Positions 49,705 through 61,766 of a stretch of DNA of 64,000 nt are shown here, in pieces; the stretch's first letter is position 1; each line of letters starts with the position of its first letter. The position numbers and the translations under genes are program-made. This DNA comes from Octopus sinensis. Its lineage: Eukaryota. The DNA lies in NCBI RefSeq assembly GCF_006345805.1, contig NC_043013.1:41106001-41170000 (forward strand). Reading direction: 5' to 3'. Below the pieces are notes generated by a model that made no database searches, had not been told where the DNA came from, and was given only the letters and a program-made list of their open reading frames with translations.

Positions 49705-49900
49705 ATTTTAATCCAAACGGGAAACAAAAAAAAAAACAACAACACAGGAACAATTACAGTATTATTATTAATAGGCGCTCAGGAAATGGAAGCATGGAGT
49801 ATGACGTTTCGAGCGGAGCTCTTCGTCGGAAACATAAAGCGGAAGAAGAGGAGAGAGATCCCAGAGCGGGCAACAGGGAAAGAAAAAAGACGACTGGTGT
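49700..49900 (-). mobile_element. Penelope-like tail repeat with mutated hammerhead (49799-49833)
   Basis: GUUU CCGACGA A GAGC UCC GCUC GAAAC GUC AUAC; same family as 37763-37797. Confidence 0.6.
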
Positions 49901-50794
49901 TTACGAGTTGCACATGGTGAAAGGCGGATGTTGACGATAACAAGAGCAAAGTGGGGTTTTAAAAGGCAAAAGAGTGGAGACAAGGTTGGTAACCCAACAG
50001 ATGTGTGTGTATGTGTGTGTGTGCGTGTGCGTGTGTGTATGTGTGTGTGTGAGGCGAGATGAAGAAACAAAAAATATGTGTGTGTTAGTGTGTGCGTCAG
50101 TGTGTAGGCGTGTGAGGTAGGGCGAGACTAGTGGTCAGCTGGCAGACAAGTCGGTAGTAAGAAAAAGAAGGAAGGAGGAAGGGAGGTCAGTAGTAAGAAA
50201 AAGAAGGAAGGAGAAGGGAGGGAGGGGAAGGGGTGGGGGCGTATGTAGCGTGCCAGCTGTGTTGAGTAGTAGTGTGTGTGTGTGTCCAGTGTCGTGGTGG
50301 TATTAATGGCGAGTAGATTGAATGTGTGTAAGAGTGATGTATATATATAGGCAATGTGTGTATATGTGTGCGCTGTGTGTAACGAAAAAGGGGGGGTTAA
50401 GGAAAAAGGACTCCAGCTGAGGGGAAGATGGAAGAGTGGTACCGCGGAGACAGGCGTGGGAAAACCCAACGACACGCGACGGTCCCAGGAACGGGCGGGA
50501 GGTCTCGTCGGTCCAAGAGCGAGGTGTATGCGGCGCGTATGCGTGCGCGAGCCGGCGCAAGTGCGTATGTGCGCGCGCCTGCGAGTATGCGCGTAAGTAT
50601 GTATGTGTGTGGATGTGTGAGTGTGTCTGTGTGTATGTCTGGGTGGCAGTGTGTCCGATGAATGTATGTGAGTATGTGTGTATGTATGTGTGTGCATAGA
50701 TGTATGTCCGTGTGTGTGTGTGTGTGTGTATGTGTGTGAGTGTGTATGTATGTACATATATATATATATATATAATATATATATATATGTATAA

Positions 50795-51350
50795 CAGGGT
50801 GCGGTGAATAAACTGTCATCTAAATTATGCAAAAATGAAAATTATGCAAAAATGAAAATAACACTAGCATATCATTTTAACAGATATATTTACCAAAATT
50901 ATATAAAAATATCTTGATATGCTAAAGAGTAAATTTATTTAATAAAATTGTCATTGGCTTCAACCACGGCCTTCAGACGACTTGGGAATCTCCTGCAACT
51001 CTTCTGGATGACCTCCTTGCTTAAGTTGGTAAATGCTGCCATAATATTTGCCTTTAGTTCATCTTTGGTGTTACAAAGAATTTTGTTGCTCTCTCGCTCA
51101 ACTGCGCTCCTCACTTAATAATCAAGGGGATTGCAATATGGGGAGTGAGGTGGCCAGATGTTAGGAGTGATGTGGTCGCAGAAATTGTCTGACAGCCATG
51201 ACTAGATTCTCCTGCTTGTGTAGCATGATGCAGAGTCCTGTTGCCAGACATAGGGTTTCCAGTAGCCACCCTCTTGGATCAGAGCAGCACTAATTCCTCC
51301 AGGCACTTGATGTAGGCCTCCATGTTGAGACTGAGGCCATGTGGGAAGAT
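50795..51350 (-). pseudogene. 3' half of a DD37D (maT-like) transposase with its TIR
   Basis: YVWQQDSASCYTSRRI*SWLSDNFCDHITPNIWPPHS(fs)CNPLDY...NTKDELKANIMAAF...SRLKAVVEAND; 37 residues between the 2nd and 3rd Asp after repairing a 1-nt deletion; TIR CAGGGTGCGGTGAATAAA next to (TA)n. Confidence 0.85.
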
Positions 51351-51371
51351 AATATAATTTTTCTACCCTAG

Positions 51372-51690
51372 GAACGGGTGCCAGTCGATCAGATCGACCC
51401 CAGTACACAACTGGTACTTAATTTATCGACCCCGAAAGGATGAAAAACAAAGTCGACCTCGGTGGATTTTGAACTCAGAACGTAAAGACAGACGAAATAC
51501 CTATTTCTTTACTACCCACAAAATCTAAACACAGAGGGGACAAACGGATTAAGTCGATTATATTGCGTAATTGGTACTTATTTAATCGACCCCGAAAGGA
51601 TGAAAGGCAAAGTTGACCTCGGCGGAATTTGAACTCAGAACGTAGCGGCAGACGAAATACCGCAAAACATTTCGCCCGGCGTGCTAATAA
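51372..51690 (-). mobile_element. SINE family C, long form
   Basis: Two body modules plus head GGCGAAATGTTTTGCGGTATTTCGTCTGCCGCTACGTTCTGAGTTCAAATTCC. Confidence 0.88.
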
Positions 51691-52544
51691 TATAATATAA
51701 TATAATATAATATAATATATATAATATAATATAATATAATATATGGGCATGGTATAATATATATGGCTATGGTATCTATAAGCATTACACTGTCAAACTA
51801 GTATTATTATACCACATAATGACCTTGTGTATCTTATTATCCTCTCTAGTAAGTAGCCATGCCAATACGTTATACCGTGATTATAGGCTCATAGTGTAAT
51901 GATCATGAAAACCACACCTAATAACTTACTATTATAATTATATTCATACCTAGAATGCACAAGCATTTATAATTCTTTGTTTTATCAGTTCGACCCCGAA
52001 AGGGAGGCAGATAAAGTTAACCGTCTCCAATGAACAGTAACTCCTAGACGTGAATTCGATGCCTAGTTTTGGGCAATATAACTTCGCTAAGGTCATCAAA
52101 GTAGCGCAGTCTTCTGCATCCTCATAGTCCATCTCAAATCTAAAGTCGTCTTTCACTCTGCGTAGACAACACTGCAGCAACACCGATGTTATGCGGCTTT
52201 TGAGCATTCAGAAGAGCATCGGTATTGCTGCATGCCCATCTCCAATGGATTGTCGCTTGTACATGTTTATTGGATCATTGTATTTGTGGCAATCTGTTTC
52301 TGATGGTCTCTACACTAAGCATTAGTAATTGAAGTCAGAACGTAAAATGTCGCTACTAAATACGGCATGCATGCATTTTTAACGCAAGTGAAAGGAACAT
52401 TCAGGTTAATTGAACTTGATGTGGATAAAACTGCTTAAAGAAAAAAGAAAAATCTATCTAACTTCGAATAGTTTACAGCTCATAGAACAGATTGCGGGAA
52501 AAACAATGCTTACGAAATGCGTATATTCTACAAACGACCAGAAT

Positions 52545-53243
52545 CAGATTGCAATAAATGCAACGATCTGTTGCGTGTGCACACGTTACAGACTATTGGA
52601 GACAGATTGCAATAAATGCAATGATCTGTTGCGTGTGCACACGTTACAGACCATTGGAGACAGATTGCAATAAATGCAATGATCTGTTGCGCGTGCACAC
52701 GTTACAGACCATTGGAGACAGATTGCAATAAATGCAACGATCTGTTGCGTGTGCACACGTTACAGACCATTGGAGACAGATTGCAATAAATGCAACGATC
52801 TGTTGCGTGTGCACACGTTACAGACCATTGGAGACAGATTGCAATAAATGCAATGATCTGTTGCGTGTGCACACGTTACAGACCATTGGAGACAGATTGC
52901 AATAAATGCAATGATCGGTTGCGTGTGCACACGTTACAGACCATTGGAGACAGATTGCAATAAATGCAACGATCTGTTGCGTGTGCACACGTTACAGACC
53001 ATTGGAGACATATTGCAATAAATGCAACGATCTGTTGCGTGTGCACACGTTACAGACCATTGGAGACAGATTGCAATAAATGCAATGATCGGTTGCGTGT
53101 GCGCACGTTACAGACCATTGGAGACAGATTGCAATAAATGCAATGATCTGTTGCGTGTGTGCACACGTTACAGACCATTGGAGACAGATTGCAATAAATG
53201 CAACGATCTGTTGCGTGTGTACACGTTACATATCACTGGAGAT
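52545..53243. repeat. 58-bp minisatellite, 12 copies
   Basis: Unit CAGATTGCAATAAATGCAA(C/T)GATCTGTTGCGTGTGCACACGTTACAGACCATTGGAGA starting at 52545, 52603 ... 53185; highly homogeneous. Confidence 0.97.
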
Positions 53244-53890
53244 AGGCTTACAACAATATCAATGCTCTTACAAATGTACAAAAGTCATATACTGTGGGCG
53301 TAGTTGCAGTCTTGTCTACGCAGTGTAAATGGCGACCTTAGATATGATATGGGATATGACGTCACAAAAGATTGGGTTACTTTAATGACTTTAGCGAAGT
53401 GATATGCCTACAAGTGGGAATCGGAACCAGGCCTTGAAGTTACTTAGTTTTGTATCAGAGTTTTAAAATGTTGTTCATGGAGACGCTTGGCGGTTCTTCA
53501 TTGCAGTCTCTCATATGGGCAATAGTTTTGCAGGAAAATAAACTTCTGCAAGTAAATCTTTTTTTTTTTTTTTATTTCTTTCTTGTTAGTCCGTCAGTAC
53601 CGATCCTGTTCCACATCGTCCACATAATTTGAATTAAGAACGTAGAGAATATCGGAACTGATCACCGCTCTAACGATTCGGCGGCCACTCCGCCGTTCTT
53701 AACAACAACACCAACGGCAACAACAAACAACAAGAACGATGACGACGACGAAGGTAACACCAACAACAACAGCAACAACAACAACAACAACTGCTGCTAC
53801 TACTACTACTACTACTACGACGACGACGACGATAATGACGATTTCTTTTATTGGCGAAATGGGTCCAAGACATGGAGGACAATATCAAGC

Positions 53891-54039
53891 ACATTATTTA
53901 CATTATTTACATTTGACGGATATTTGTCCTCATCTTGTTTGTTGTTAACACAACGTTTCGGCTGATATACCCTCCAGCCTTCATCAGGTGTCTTGGGGAA
54001 ATTTCGAACCTGGGTTCTCATTCCTAAGGTATATTTCGA

Positions 54040-54104
<65 letters not shown>

Positions 54105-54169
54105 TCACTGCCTGGAATTGAACTCGGAATCTTGGGGTTAGTAGCCCGTGCTCTTAACCACTACGCCAT
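53891..54169 (-). mobile_element. tRNA-headed SINE-like element with (AAT)n linker and hammerhead-bearing tail
   Basis: Head ATGGCGTAGTGGTTAAGAGCACGGGCTACTAACCCCAAGATTCCGAGTTCAATTCCAGGC (A and B boxes, tRNA-Arg-like); tail ends (AATGTAAAT)n. Confidence 0.8.
53947..53992 (-). ncRNA. Minimal type I hammerhead motif within the SINE tail
   Basis: GACAC CUGAUGA A GGCUG GAGGGUAUAU CAGCC GAAAC GUU GUGUU: stem I GACAC/GUGUU, stem II GGCUG/CAGCC, AACGUU palindrome. Confidence 0.75.
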
Positions 54170-54273
54170 ATGGCGTAGTGCTCAAGAGCGCGGGCTACTA
54201 ACCTCAAGATGAAGACTGGAAGAGTATATCAGCTGAAATGTTGTGTTAACAACAAACAAGATGAGGACAAATA
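54170..54273 (+). mobile_element. Internally deleted copy of the same SINE, head-to-head with the previous one
   Basis: ATGGCGTAGTGCTCAAGAGCGCGGGCTACTAACCTCAAGAT joined to GAAGACTGGAAGAGTATATCAGCTGAAATGTTGTGTTAACAACAAACAAGATGAGGACAAATA. Confidence 0.8.
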
Positions 54274-54539
54274 GGATTTGCATTGATCAAAGAGAGACAC
54301 TACAGCATCAAGCATACAACAAAAGGATATAAAATAGAAATGAGAAAATATAATTAATAGAATCCCCAATAGCGGGGCAGTCCACTTTTTGGGTAAGTAG
54401 AGGAAAACTGCAAACAAAAAGATCGCAGATTACTTTGCCGTCTCCAAGGCATAGGAAGTGCCACCTTCCAGTTTCTTTCCTCCGATTTAGAAAGGCATAC
54501 TCAGTGTAGATCCATTCAGCCGCAGAGTCTTGCCTCTCT

Positions 54540-55750
54540 CATCCACTTTTTGATAAACACACAAAGATGCAACACTTCTTTCCCTCTCCTCACCTTACTT
54601 CACAAACTCTTTTGCCACAGCTACCTGACAGAGAAAGACCAGCCTTGCTTCTTTAACAAAGGAAGATGGTGCATCGATCTTCACCATACACTCGGCAGAC
54701 ATTTGGTTTCTCTTACACGAGTCAATAGCTGCTCGACACAAGCCCACAATATTCCAAGACTCTAGTTGCAAACCGATTTGTCTTGGTGTATGTGTGCTCC
54801 TGTACATACCTGATATTCTTTCAGTATAATAGTGTCAATCGTTTCAAAATCCAAAGTGTGTAACACGATGACAGTGAGGTCTGGATATGTAGACACGGAT
54901 CTCCTGCGACCCTGTTTCTGCGAGATACCTTGAAACTCTCCAGCCTTCACAGCAAGGGTTCCAATGACAAAACATATAAAAACGAGGAGAGGGGCATCTT
55001 TGGCTGACCGAGTGTTCAATAGTGAAAAGTTCGAGAGGCGGTCATTTAATTTGGCCACTGAACAGATGCCACTGTACATTGTGGTGATCTAGTCCACCGA
55101 AGACGGCTTTTCGGATAGCCACCAGATAGCGATGGTCCAATCTGTCAAATGCCTTGGACTGATCCAAATTGACCGATGTTTTTCGAAAGCCAGATCTATT
55201 CCCGACACGTTCTAAGATGTTTCGCATGAGGTGGGAATTGGCGTTGATAGACCTACCGGGGATTAGACAGGTTTGCGCGTCTTCCACTACACTACTGACA
55301 AGAAGACACTTTAGCTAAAATATTTAATTCGGTGTTGAAGAGAGTTATGGGCTTGAATTTCCAGTCGCATTCCCCTTGTTCGGAACCTTCCTCAGCAGAG
55401 TTACCACTCCCCGAATGCTTTTAGATGATCCACCACGACCATTCGCATCTGCTCGCACTCTCCGAAACAGAAAATATCTTTGAGGCCATGAACTTCTTCC
55501 AGAACAACCAAAACCTGGAATTTTATTGACGTTCCTGCTCTGCTTTGTTGGGGAATTGATTTCATATTTATTACCCCCCTGTGCTCCTCCATCATGGCCA
55601 TTACTCTGGCCTGCTCAATACGAAGAGGTATGTAGCCCTGACTTTGGTCACACGACATTCCATGTATAAAGGGAGCATCACGCACTGCTCAGACAAGCAG
55701 GTCATTGTAGCCAGCCTAGGCGCGGGTCATTGTAGTCAACTTAGGTGCTT
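54540..55750 (-). pseudogene. Highly decayed Tx1/L1-clade reverse transcriptase
   Basis: QTCLIPGRSINANSHLMRNILERVG...VNLDQSKAFDRLDHRYL; downstream RRSVSTYPDLTVIV (degenerate YADD region) ...LKEYQVCTGAHIHQDKSV. Confidence 0.8.
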
Positions 55751-55752
55751 TC

Positions 55753-56117
55753 TCTGCACAGGAGAATTAAAAATTACTGCCGATTTTAGCAGTTTTGTAA
55801 CTTCTTGCGGAATCCCTGCACTGTACTGGCGGAACCCTAAGGTTCCGCGGAACCCTGGTTGAAAATCACTGATGTAGAGTATCTCTCACGAGCTTAATCA
55901 TATTATAATGTTTTTTTTTCCTCCTTCTAATTCCTTGGTCACTTCTGATGATCCATACCTATCAACAAAGCATTCCATCCATGACCGTTTTTTCTTATTT
56001 TCAGAAATAGTATCAAGGATTTTTCGTTTGAAGATGGTAAGATGGTAAGATATGACTAATATATTATATGTTTATAATATATTAGTCCGGGGGTAGAGTG
56101 GAATAGTTAGAGTGTGT
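55753..56117 (+). repeat. About 365-bp direct duplication, copy 1 (copy 2 at 58199-58562), beginning inside a hAT MITE
   Basis: TCTGCACAGGAGAATTAAAAATTACTGCC...GTGGAATAGTTAGAGTGTGT, near-identical, offset about 2446. Confidence 0.92.
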
Positions 56118-56119
56118 CC

Positions 56120-56400
56120 CTGAATAAGCATTGTTTAAGGATGTTGAACGAACCACCCATGTTTCCAAAGGTGAATTATCCAAACCTTTAGGAATCCCTC
56201 TCAACACATGGATATGATGCTCCCCCACTACTTCTACTCGTGATCAGTGATGCACATATCGTCAGCCACTAAGGGACATGCTCAACTGGTTAAGGTCAAA
56301 CAACTAACAAGCAAATCTGTGGTATGATAACACTTCAAATCAGTTAAGATCAGAAGCCATGTGAGCCACTGCCTGGTACTGTATCAGGGCAATATATTAT
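56120..56400 (+). mobile_element. LINE 3' UTR or SINE tail ending in (TTA)n
   Basis: ...GATCAGAAGCCATGTGAGCCACTGCCTGGTACTGTATCAGGGC followed by an ATT-rich tail. Confidence 0.5.
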
Positions 56401-56489
56401 TATTATTGTTATTATTATAGTTATTATTATTATTATTATAGTTATTATTATAGTTATTATTATTATTATTATTATTTATTATTATTATA

Positions 56490-56544
<55 letters not shown>

Positions 56545-56616
56545 TATTATTATTATTATTATTATTATAGTTATTATTATTATTATTATTATAGTTATAT
56601 TATTATTATTATTATA

Positions 56617-56672
<56 letters not shown>
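56400..56672. repeat. (TTA)n microsatellite
   Basis: Direct reading. Confidence 0.95.
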
Positions 56673-57460
56673 CAATAAGGCGGCGAGCTAGCAGAATCGT
56701 TAGAACACTGAAATCGATGTAATCGATTAGTCCCCTCCTGTCCCCCGCACACACACATTCATTCGTTTACCCTTGTACTGTTCATAACGTTTTTATTAAT
56801 GTAAACCCTTGTGGTTAATAAAGAAATCATCATCATCATCATCATCATCACCATCATCATCTTTATTATTATTGTTGTTGTTGTTGTTGTTATTATCATT
56901 ATTATTAGGGTTGCGAACTGGCTGAATCGTTAGTGTAAAGTTATATATTCACTCAAAGCGTCAAGGGAAGTAACTCTTATTACCTTTAAATGTATAAGAT
57001 CTGCAGTTGCCTCCCTTACATAAAACTTTTATAATGCAGATGTCGATTTGGCAGAATCGTTACAGCTCAAATCGCATTGCAGTATTTAACTGCAGTATTT
57101 TTTTTTTCCGGTTTCAAATCCAGCTCAGGTCAGCTTTGCTTATCGTCTTTCTGCGTGTTAATAAAACAAAGTACTAGTCAAATACCGGAACTAATATTAC
57201 TGAAAAGCTCTGTCACCCTAAATTTAGGCACTTACACTTATGTTAGAAACAGGGTTGACCAACCCGAGGTCCGCCGTCCGCATGCGGCCTGTTTGATACT
57301 TTCCAGTAATAAGTATATTTAAACAAATATTTTTAAAATTTTATCAAAAATTAAAGATTGTAATGAAAAGTAAAAAAGAAAGATACTATTGTTTATGCAA
57401 CGATAGTATTTCATGTTTAATCAAGGATCATTCATTCATTATTGTAATAATAGCACGAGA

Positions 57461-57820
57461 GTGGTGGAGGCGCAATGGCCCGCCTAGTAGTTAGGGCAGC
57501 GGACTCGCAGTCGTAGGATCGCGGTTTCGATTCCCAGACCGGGCGTTGTGAGTGTTTATTGAGCGAAAACACCTAAAGCTCCACGAGGCTCCGACAGGGG
57601 ATGGTGGTGATCCCTGCTGTACTCTTTTACCACAACTTTCTCTCACTCTTACTTCCTGTTTCTATTGTACCTGTATTTCAAAGGGCCGGCCTTGTCACTC
57701 TCTGTGTCACGCTGTGTCTGTGGAGTGCTCAGCCACTTACACGTTAATTTCACGAGCAGGCTGTTTCGTTGATCGGATCAACCGGAACCCTTGTCGTCGT
57801 AACCGACGGAGTGCTTCCCC
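57461..57820 (+). mobile_element. SINE family B with 12-bp TSD AATAGCACGAGA
   Basis: TSD at 57449-57460 and 57821-57832; small internal deletion near 57715. Confidence 0.92.
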
Positions 57821-58098
57821 AATAGCACGAGAAAGCAAAATGCTTTCAATTCTGTCAGTACACAAGCGGCCCTCAAAGCACTTTCTGCGATTAACGTGAC
57901 CCTGAATGTAATTCGAGTTGGCCAGGCCTGATCAAATATATTAGGTTCCAGGTGTTTGTACTACGAACAACCTGGCTTATTCTTTCTTATAACTAAAACT
58001 ACGTTGTCAAAAACATGCCATTAAAAAAAAAAATGGTAAGATCTGATTCTGAGTCTTGTGTGATTATTATTTCCATCAACCCAAGCGAAGATGCAGAG

Positions 58099-58317
58099 CA
58101 GTGCTTTTCAAACTTTTTGCTGGAGCGGAACCCCAAGGAAACATTCCACTGGCTCGAGGAACCCCTGTGCAATGATTTAATAGTCTTATGCATACATATC
58201 TGCACAGGAGAATTAAAAATTACTGCCGATTTTAGCAGTTTTGTAACTTCTTGCGGAACCCCTGCACTGTACTGGCGGAACCCTAAGGTTCCGCGGAACC
58301 CTGGTTGAAAATCACTG
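58099..58317. mobile_element. hAT-family MITE (219 bp)
   Basis: TIRs CAGTGCTTTTCAA / TTGAAAATCACTG; 8-bp TSD ATGCAGAG / ATGTAGAG (one mismatch). Confidence 0.85.
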
Positions 58318-58562
58318 ATGTAGAGTATCTCTCACGAGCTTAATCATATTATAATGTTTTTTTCCCTCCTTCTAATTCCTTGGTCACTTCTGATGATCCA
58401 TACCTATCAACAAAGCATTCCATCCATGACCGTTTTTTCTTATTTTCAGAAATAGTATCAAGGATTTTTCGTTTGAAGATGGTAAGATGGTAAGATATGA
58501 CTAATATATTATATGTTTATAATATATTAGTCCGGGGGTAGAGTGGAATAGTTAGAGTGTGT
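58199..58562 (+). repeat. About 365-bp direct duplication, copy 2
   Basis: Matches 55753-56117. Confidence 0.92.
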
Positions 58563-59876
58563 ACCGCATTGTGCACCACTTGAGTTTGCATCTCCAGCTC
58601 CGGGGGACCCAAGCATACACAGGCGTGTACAACAAACCCCAAAGTGCTGTCCCGTTAAAGCGTCGCCCGGGCCGAACCGGCAGCATTGCCTTCCCCCTAG
58701 CTATGGTTCTGTCTAGTACTCGCTTTTGTTAAAGTCTAGTACTTATTATATCGGTTCGTTCTTCGGAGCCGCTAAGTTACGGGGACGTAAACAATACAAC
58801 ACAGGATTTGTCAAACAGTGCGGGGTCAAACACAAAGACAGGAGCACTGACACACAAACGGTCACACACACACACACATACACATGCTCATGCACAAACA
58901 CACACATGTGCTCTTTCTTTCTTTCTTTCTTTCTTTCTCTCTCTCTCCTCTCTCTCTCTCACACACACACACATACACACATTCACCCAGCAACACACAC
59001 ACACACACATATATGGTCTAAAATTATTCATGATAAATTTAAACATTACAAACCAGTTAATCCCAGAAATCCCTTCTAAAAGTACATTTTATTTAACCGT
59101 TTTAAAATGAGTTCGATACCTCAGTGGTGTAGGAATTATTTACATGATTTCCTTATTCTTTTATTCTTGTATTCCTCTAACTGCTTCAGTCATTGGACTG
59201 CGTTCATTCTGGGGCACTGCCATGATAGGTCTAGTGGAAAAAAATCTATCTTAGTACTTACATTCTTGGAAGTTTGGTACTTACTCTCTCTCTCTTCCTC
59301 TCTCTCCTCACCTCTCTCCATCTCAATTGCCACATGCGTGAGGGCAAGTACAAAGACACACACACACACTCTCACTTACTACACGCAAGTGGGAGTGTGT
59401 GCTTGTATTTGTTCCCACTCCATCGCTTGACAAATGATTTTGGTTTTTTACATCCCCGTAACTTAACGGTTCGGCAAAAGAATTCGATAGAATAAGTTTT
59501 CTCTCTCTCACACTCACACACACACACGCATATGTGAATATACAGGACAGACTCCCACACAGTCTCTCTCTCTCTCTAACAAATTCACTCACAAAGCCAG
59601 ATGCCGTGCAGTGGGACCGAACGCAAAACTACGTGGCTGCAAAGCGGACCTCTTACCCCGTACCCATGCCTGCACATGGTTCTAGCTATCACTGTCCTTA
59701 CGTTGGAAAATAACCGTCGAACTTTTACTACGGAAAGCTCAAAGAAAACATGGCCTCCACATTATTATTTTTACCTTACACAAACCTGTTCTACAGTTTA
59801 ATTCATTTAACCTTTCGGCTGTCCTCTGTATTATATATAATATACAGGACATGTTACCTATGCCTCCCTGTATCAC

Positions 59877-60345
59877 ATACGAGATCTGATCAATAAGTAC
59901 CTGGGCTGTTGCCATAGTAACGAAGCCAAAGCATGCATAGTTGAGTCGCTTGGCAAAAATTGACTTTGAACTCTGTTATGCATGGGCACTTAATTTTAAC
60001 GTTCTGGCTTACTTCCGCTGTTTACAGCAGTGCTTGAAAGGAACGGGTGTAGCATGTGATCGTCGCATTGATCATGACAGAGAAAGTTGTTATAGCGATA
60101 CCTGCTCAGAGGCTTAAGCAAAGTTGCAGAAAGTGTACGGAGAGGAGTATATGAGTCGCGCACAAGTGTACGAGCGGTTCAGAAGTTCCCATGATGGCCG
60201 AAAAAATATCGATACTGACGAACATTCTGGGAGACCCGCATAAAAAAAGCAGATGTGCGTGTAACTCTGAAGGGAAATTATCGAGTTACCATCCGTGAAT
60301 TTTCGGAGGATGTGCAGATTAGTTACGGTTCAGTTTAATCGATAT
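59877..60345 (+). pseudogene. Mariner 5' end: TIR plus decayed transposase HTH region
   Basis: TACGAGATCTGATCAATAAGTA TIR; KLQKVYGEEYMSRAQVYERFRSSHDGRKNIDTDEHSGRP...VTIREFSEDVQISYGSV. Confidence 0.85.
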
Positions 60346-60424
60346 GTAAATATTGTCTCCGTAAGTTCAAAATCCCCGGCTTCAAGAACATCCTCTTTGT
60401 GTGTCGAGACCTGAATTTAGTAGT

Positions 60425-60440
60425 ACACACACATATATAT

Positions 60441-60504
<64 letters not shown>

Positions 60505-60540
60505 ATAATATATATATATATATTAATATATATATATAAT

Positions 60541-60571
<31 letters not shown>

Positions 60572-60640
60572 TATATAATATATATATATATATTATAATA
60601 TATATATATATAATATATATATTATATATATATATAAATA
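60425..60640. repeat. (TA)n microsatellite
   Basis: Direct reading. Confidence 0.95.
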
Positions 60641-60805
60641 GAGCAGTTGTATACTGTCAACTTAACGTGACAGTCCCATAAAGGGAATCACACCATTGCT
60701 ATTTAGCCCTAGGAAATATCAACGCTTCCTGTCGGCCTTGACACATTTCCTATGTCCTTATGTTTGCAAGGGGGATACAAGCACCCCCATCCAGCTAAGC
60801 CTGCA

Positions 60806-60847
60806 CCCAGAGACATGTTTCTGAGTCTTCTTCGTCATCAGTCTGGA
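60806..60847 (-). ncRNA. Degenerate hammerhead-like motif
   Basis: UCCAGA CUGAUGA CGAAGAAGACUCA GAAAC AU GUC UCUGGG: stem I and core intact, ACAUGU palindrome, stem II not pairable. Confidence 0.45.
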
Positions 60848-61284
60848 GTAGCATGGCTTGCGTTTCTCTTTATTATAGGCACAAGGCCTGCATACAGAGG
60901 GGACATACAAAAACATGCGGGACATAAAAACGAATGGAAAATGATAATGGAATGAATATAATTATGATGCAAATGAGATGGTCATCTCGCCCCCACTGCG
61001 AGACGAGCCGTGAATACCTTTACAATTCCTTTTTTCCCCAACAAAAATAACATTTTAAATACTTGTTTGTACTATTAAACTTTACACTAACTCTTTAGAA
61101 ACACACTTTATCATTAAACTTTACAATTAACTTTACAAATACACTTTACAATTCATCTTAAAACCACCTCTAGTTTCGTGCAATGCAAAACCGTGACCTT
61201 TCCTTTCGTTTCCTGCCTTTAAATCAAACGTTCATATATGTCCTTTTTTTTCCAACAAAAATAACATTTTTAAATACTCGTTTG

Positions 61285-61714
61285 GGATCTTTTCGGTTTG
61301 AACGACACTTTTTAACAATTTCTAGGTAATTAAAAAATTTTAAACTTCGTATACTGGTAGAATGTGTTTATAAAACGTCTTTTTCTCTTGGCTTTATTGA
61401 GAAAATTCTATAGTTTGTAAGATATTTGTAAGATATTTTCTTCAATTTCTGCAATTTCAACCAATCAGTGACGTCTATTGAGTTAAAAAGCATTCTGTGC
61501 CGTATGAATATGTCCCTCGTTTAAGAAACAGATTGGGTTTATTTACATTTGTGAAGAAAAAAAGATACCCTTCCCCCACCCCTAACCATAGCCCTAACTA
61601 ACCCTAACTCTAAAACAGATTGAAATGCAATAGATCGATTCTAGGGTCTTAATTATGGGTGACAATTTCATATGACACCGCTAGAAAAAACTGCCGTTCA
61701 AACCGAAAAGATCC
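61285..61714. mobile_element. MITE with GGATCTTTTCGG TIRs (Merlin-like), 430 bp
   Basis: GGATCTTTTCGGTTTGAACG / CGTTCAAACCGAAAAGATCC; internal sequence homologous to 62124-62422; no TSD visible. Confidence 0.8.
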
Positions 61715-61766
61715 CAATGTTCAAATGCTTTCTTTCAATTGTAGTTCTTTCCACAATTTTATATAC

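Noticed and set aside
50128-50832. 234-aa minus-strand ORF
   Set aside because: Mostly (CA)n/(TA)n-derived H/T repeats; the GC-rich middle gives no recognisable domain.
51950-52310. 85-aa ORF resembling a real exon
   Set aside because: In-frame stop just upstream, no recognisable domain, no clear splice context.
52545-53243. CRISPR-like regular repeat
   Set aside because: Units are contiguous with no unique spacers, there are no cas genes, and the context is eukaryotic.
54100-54169. Functional tRNA gene
   Set aside because: The acceptor stem does not pair, and the head is fused to a repeat body present in two copies; it is a SINE head.
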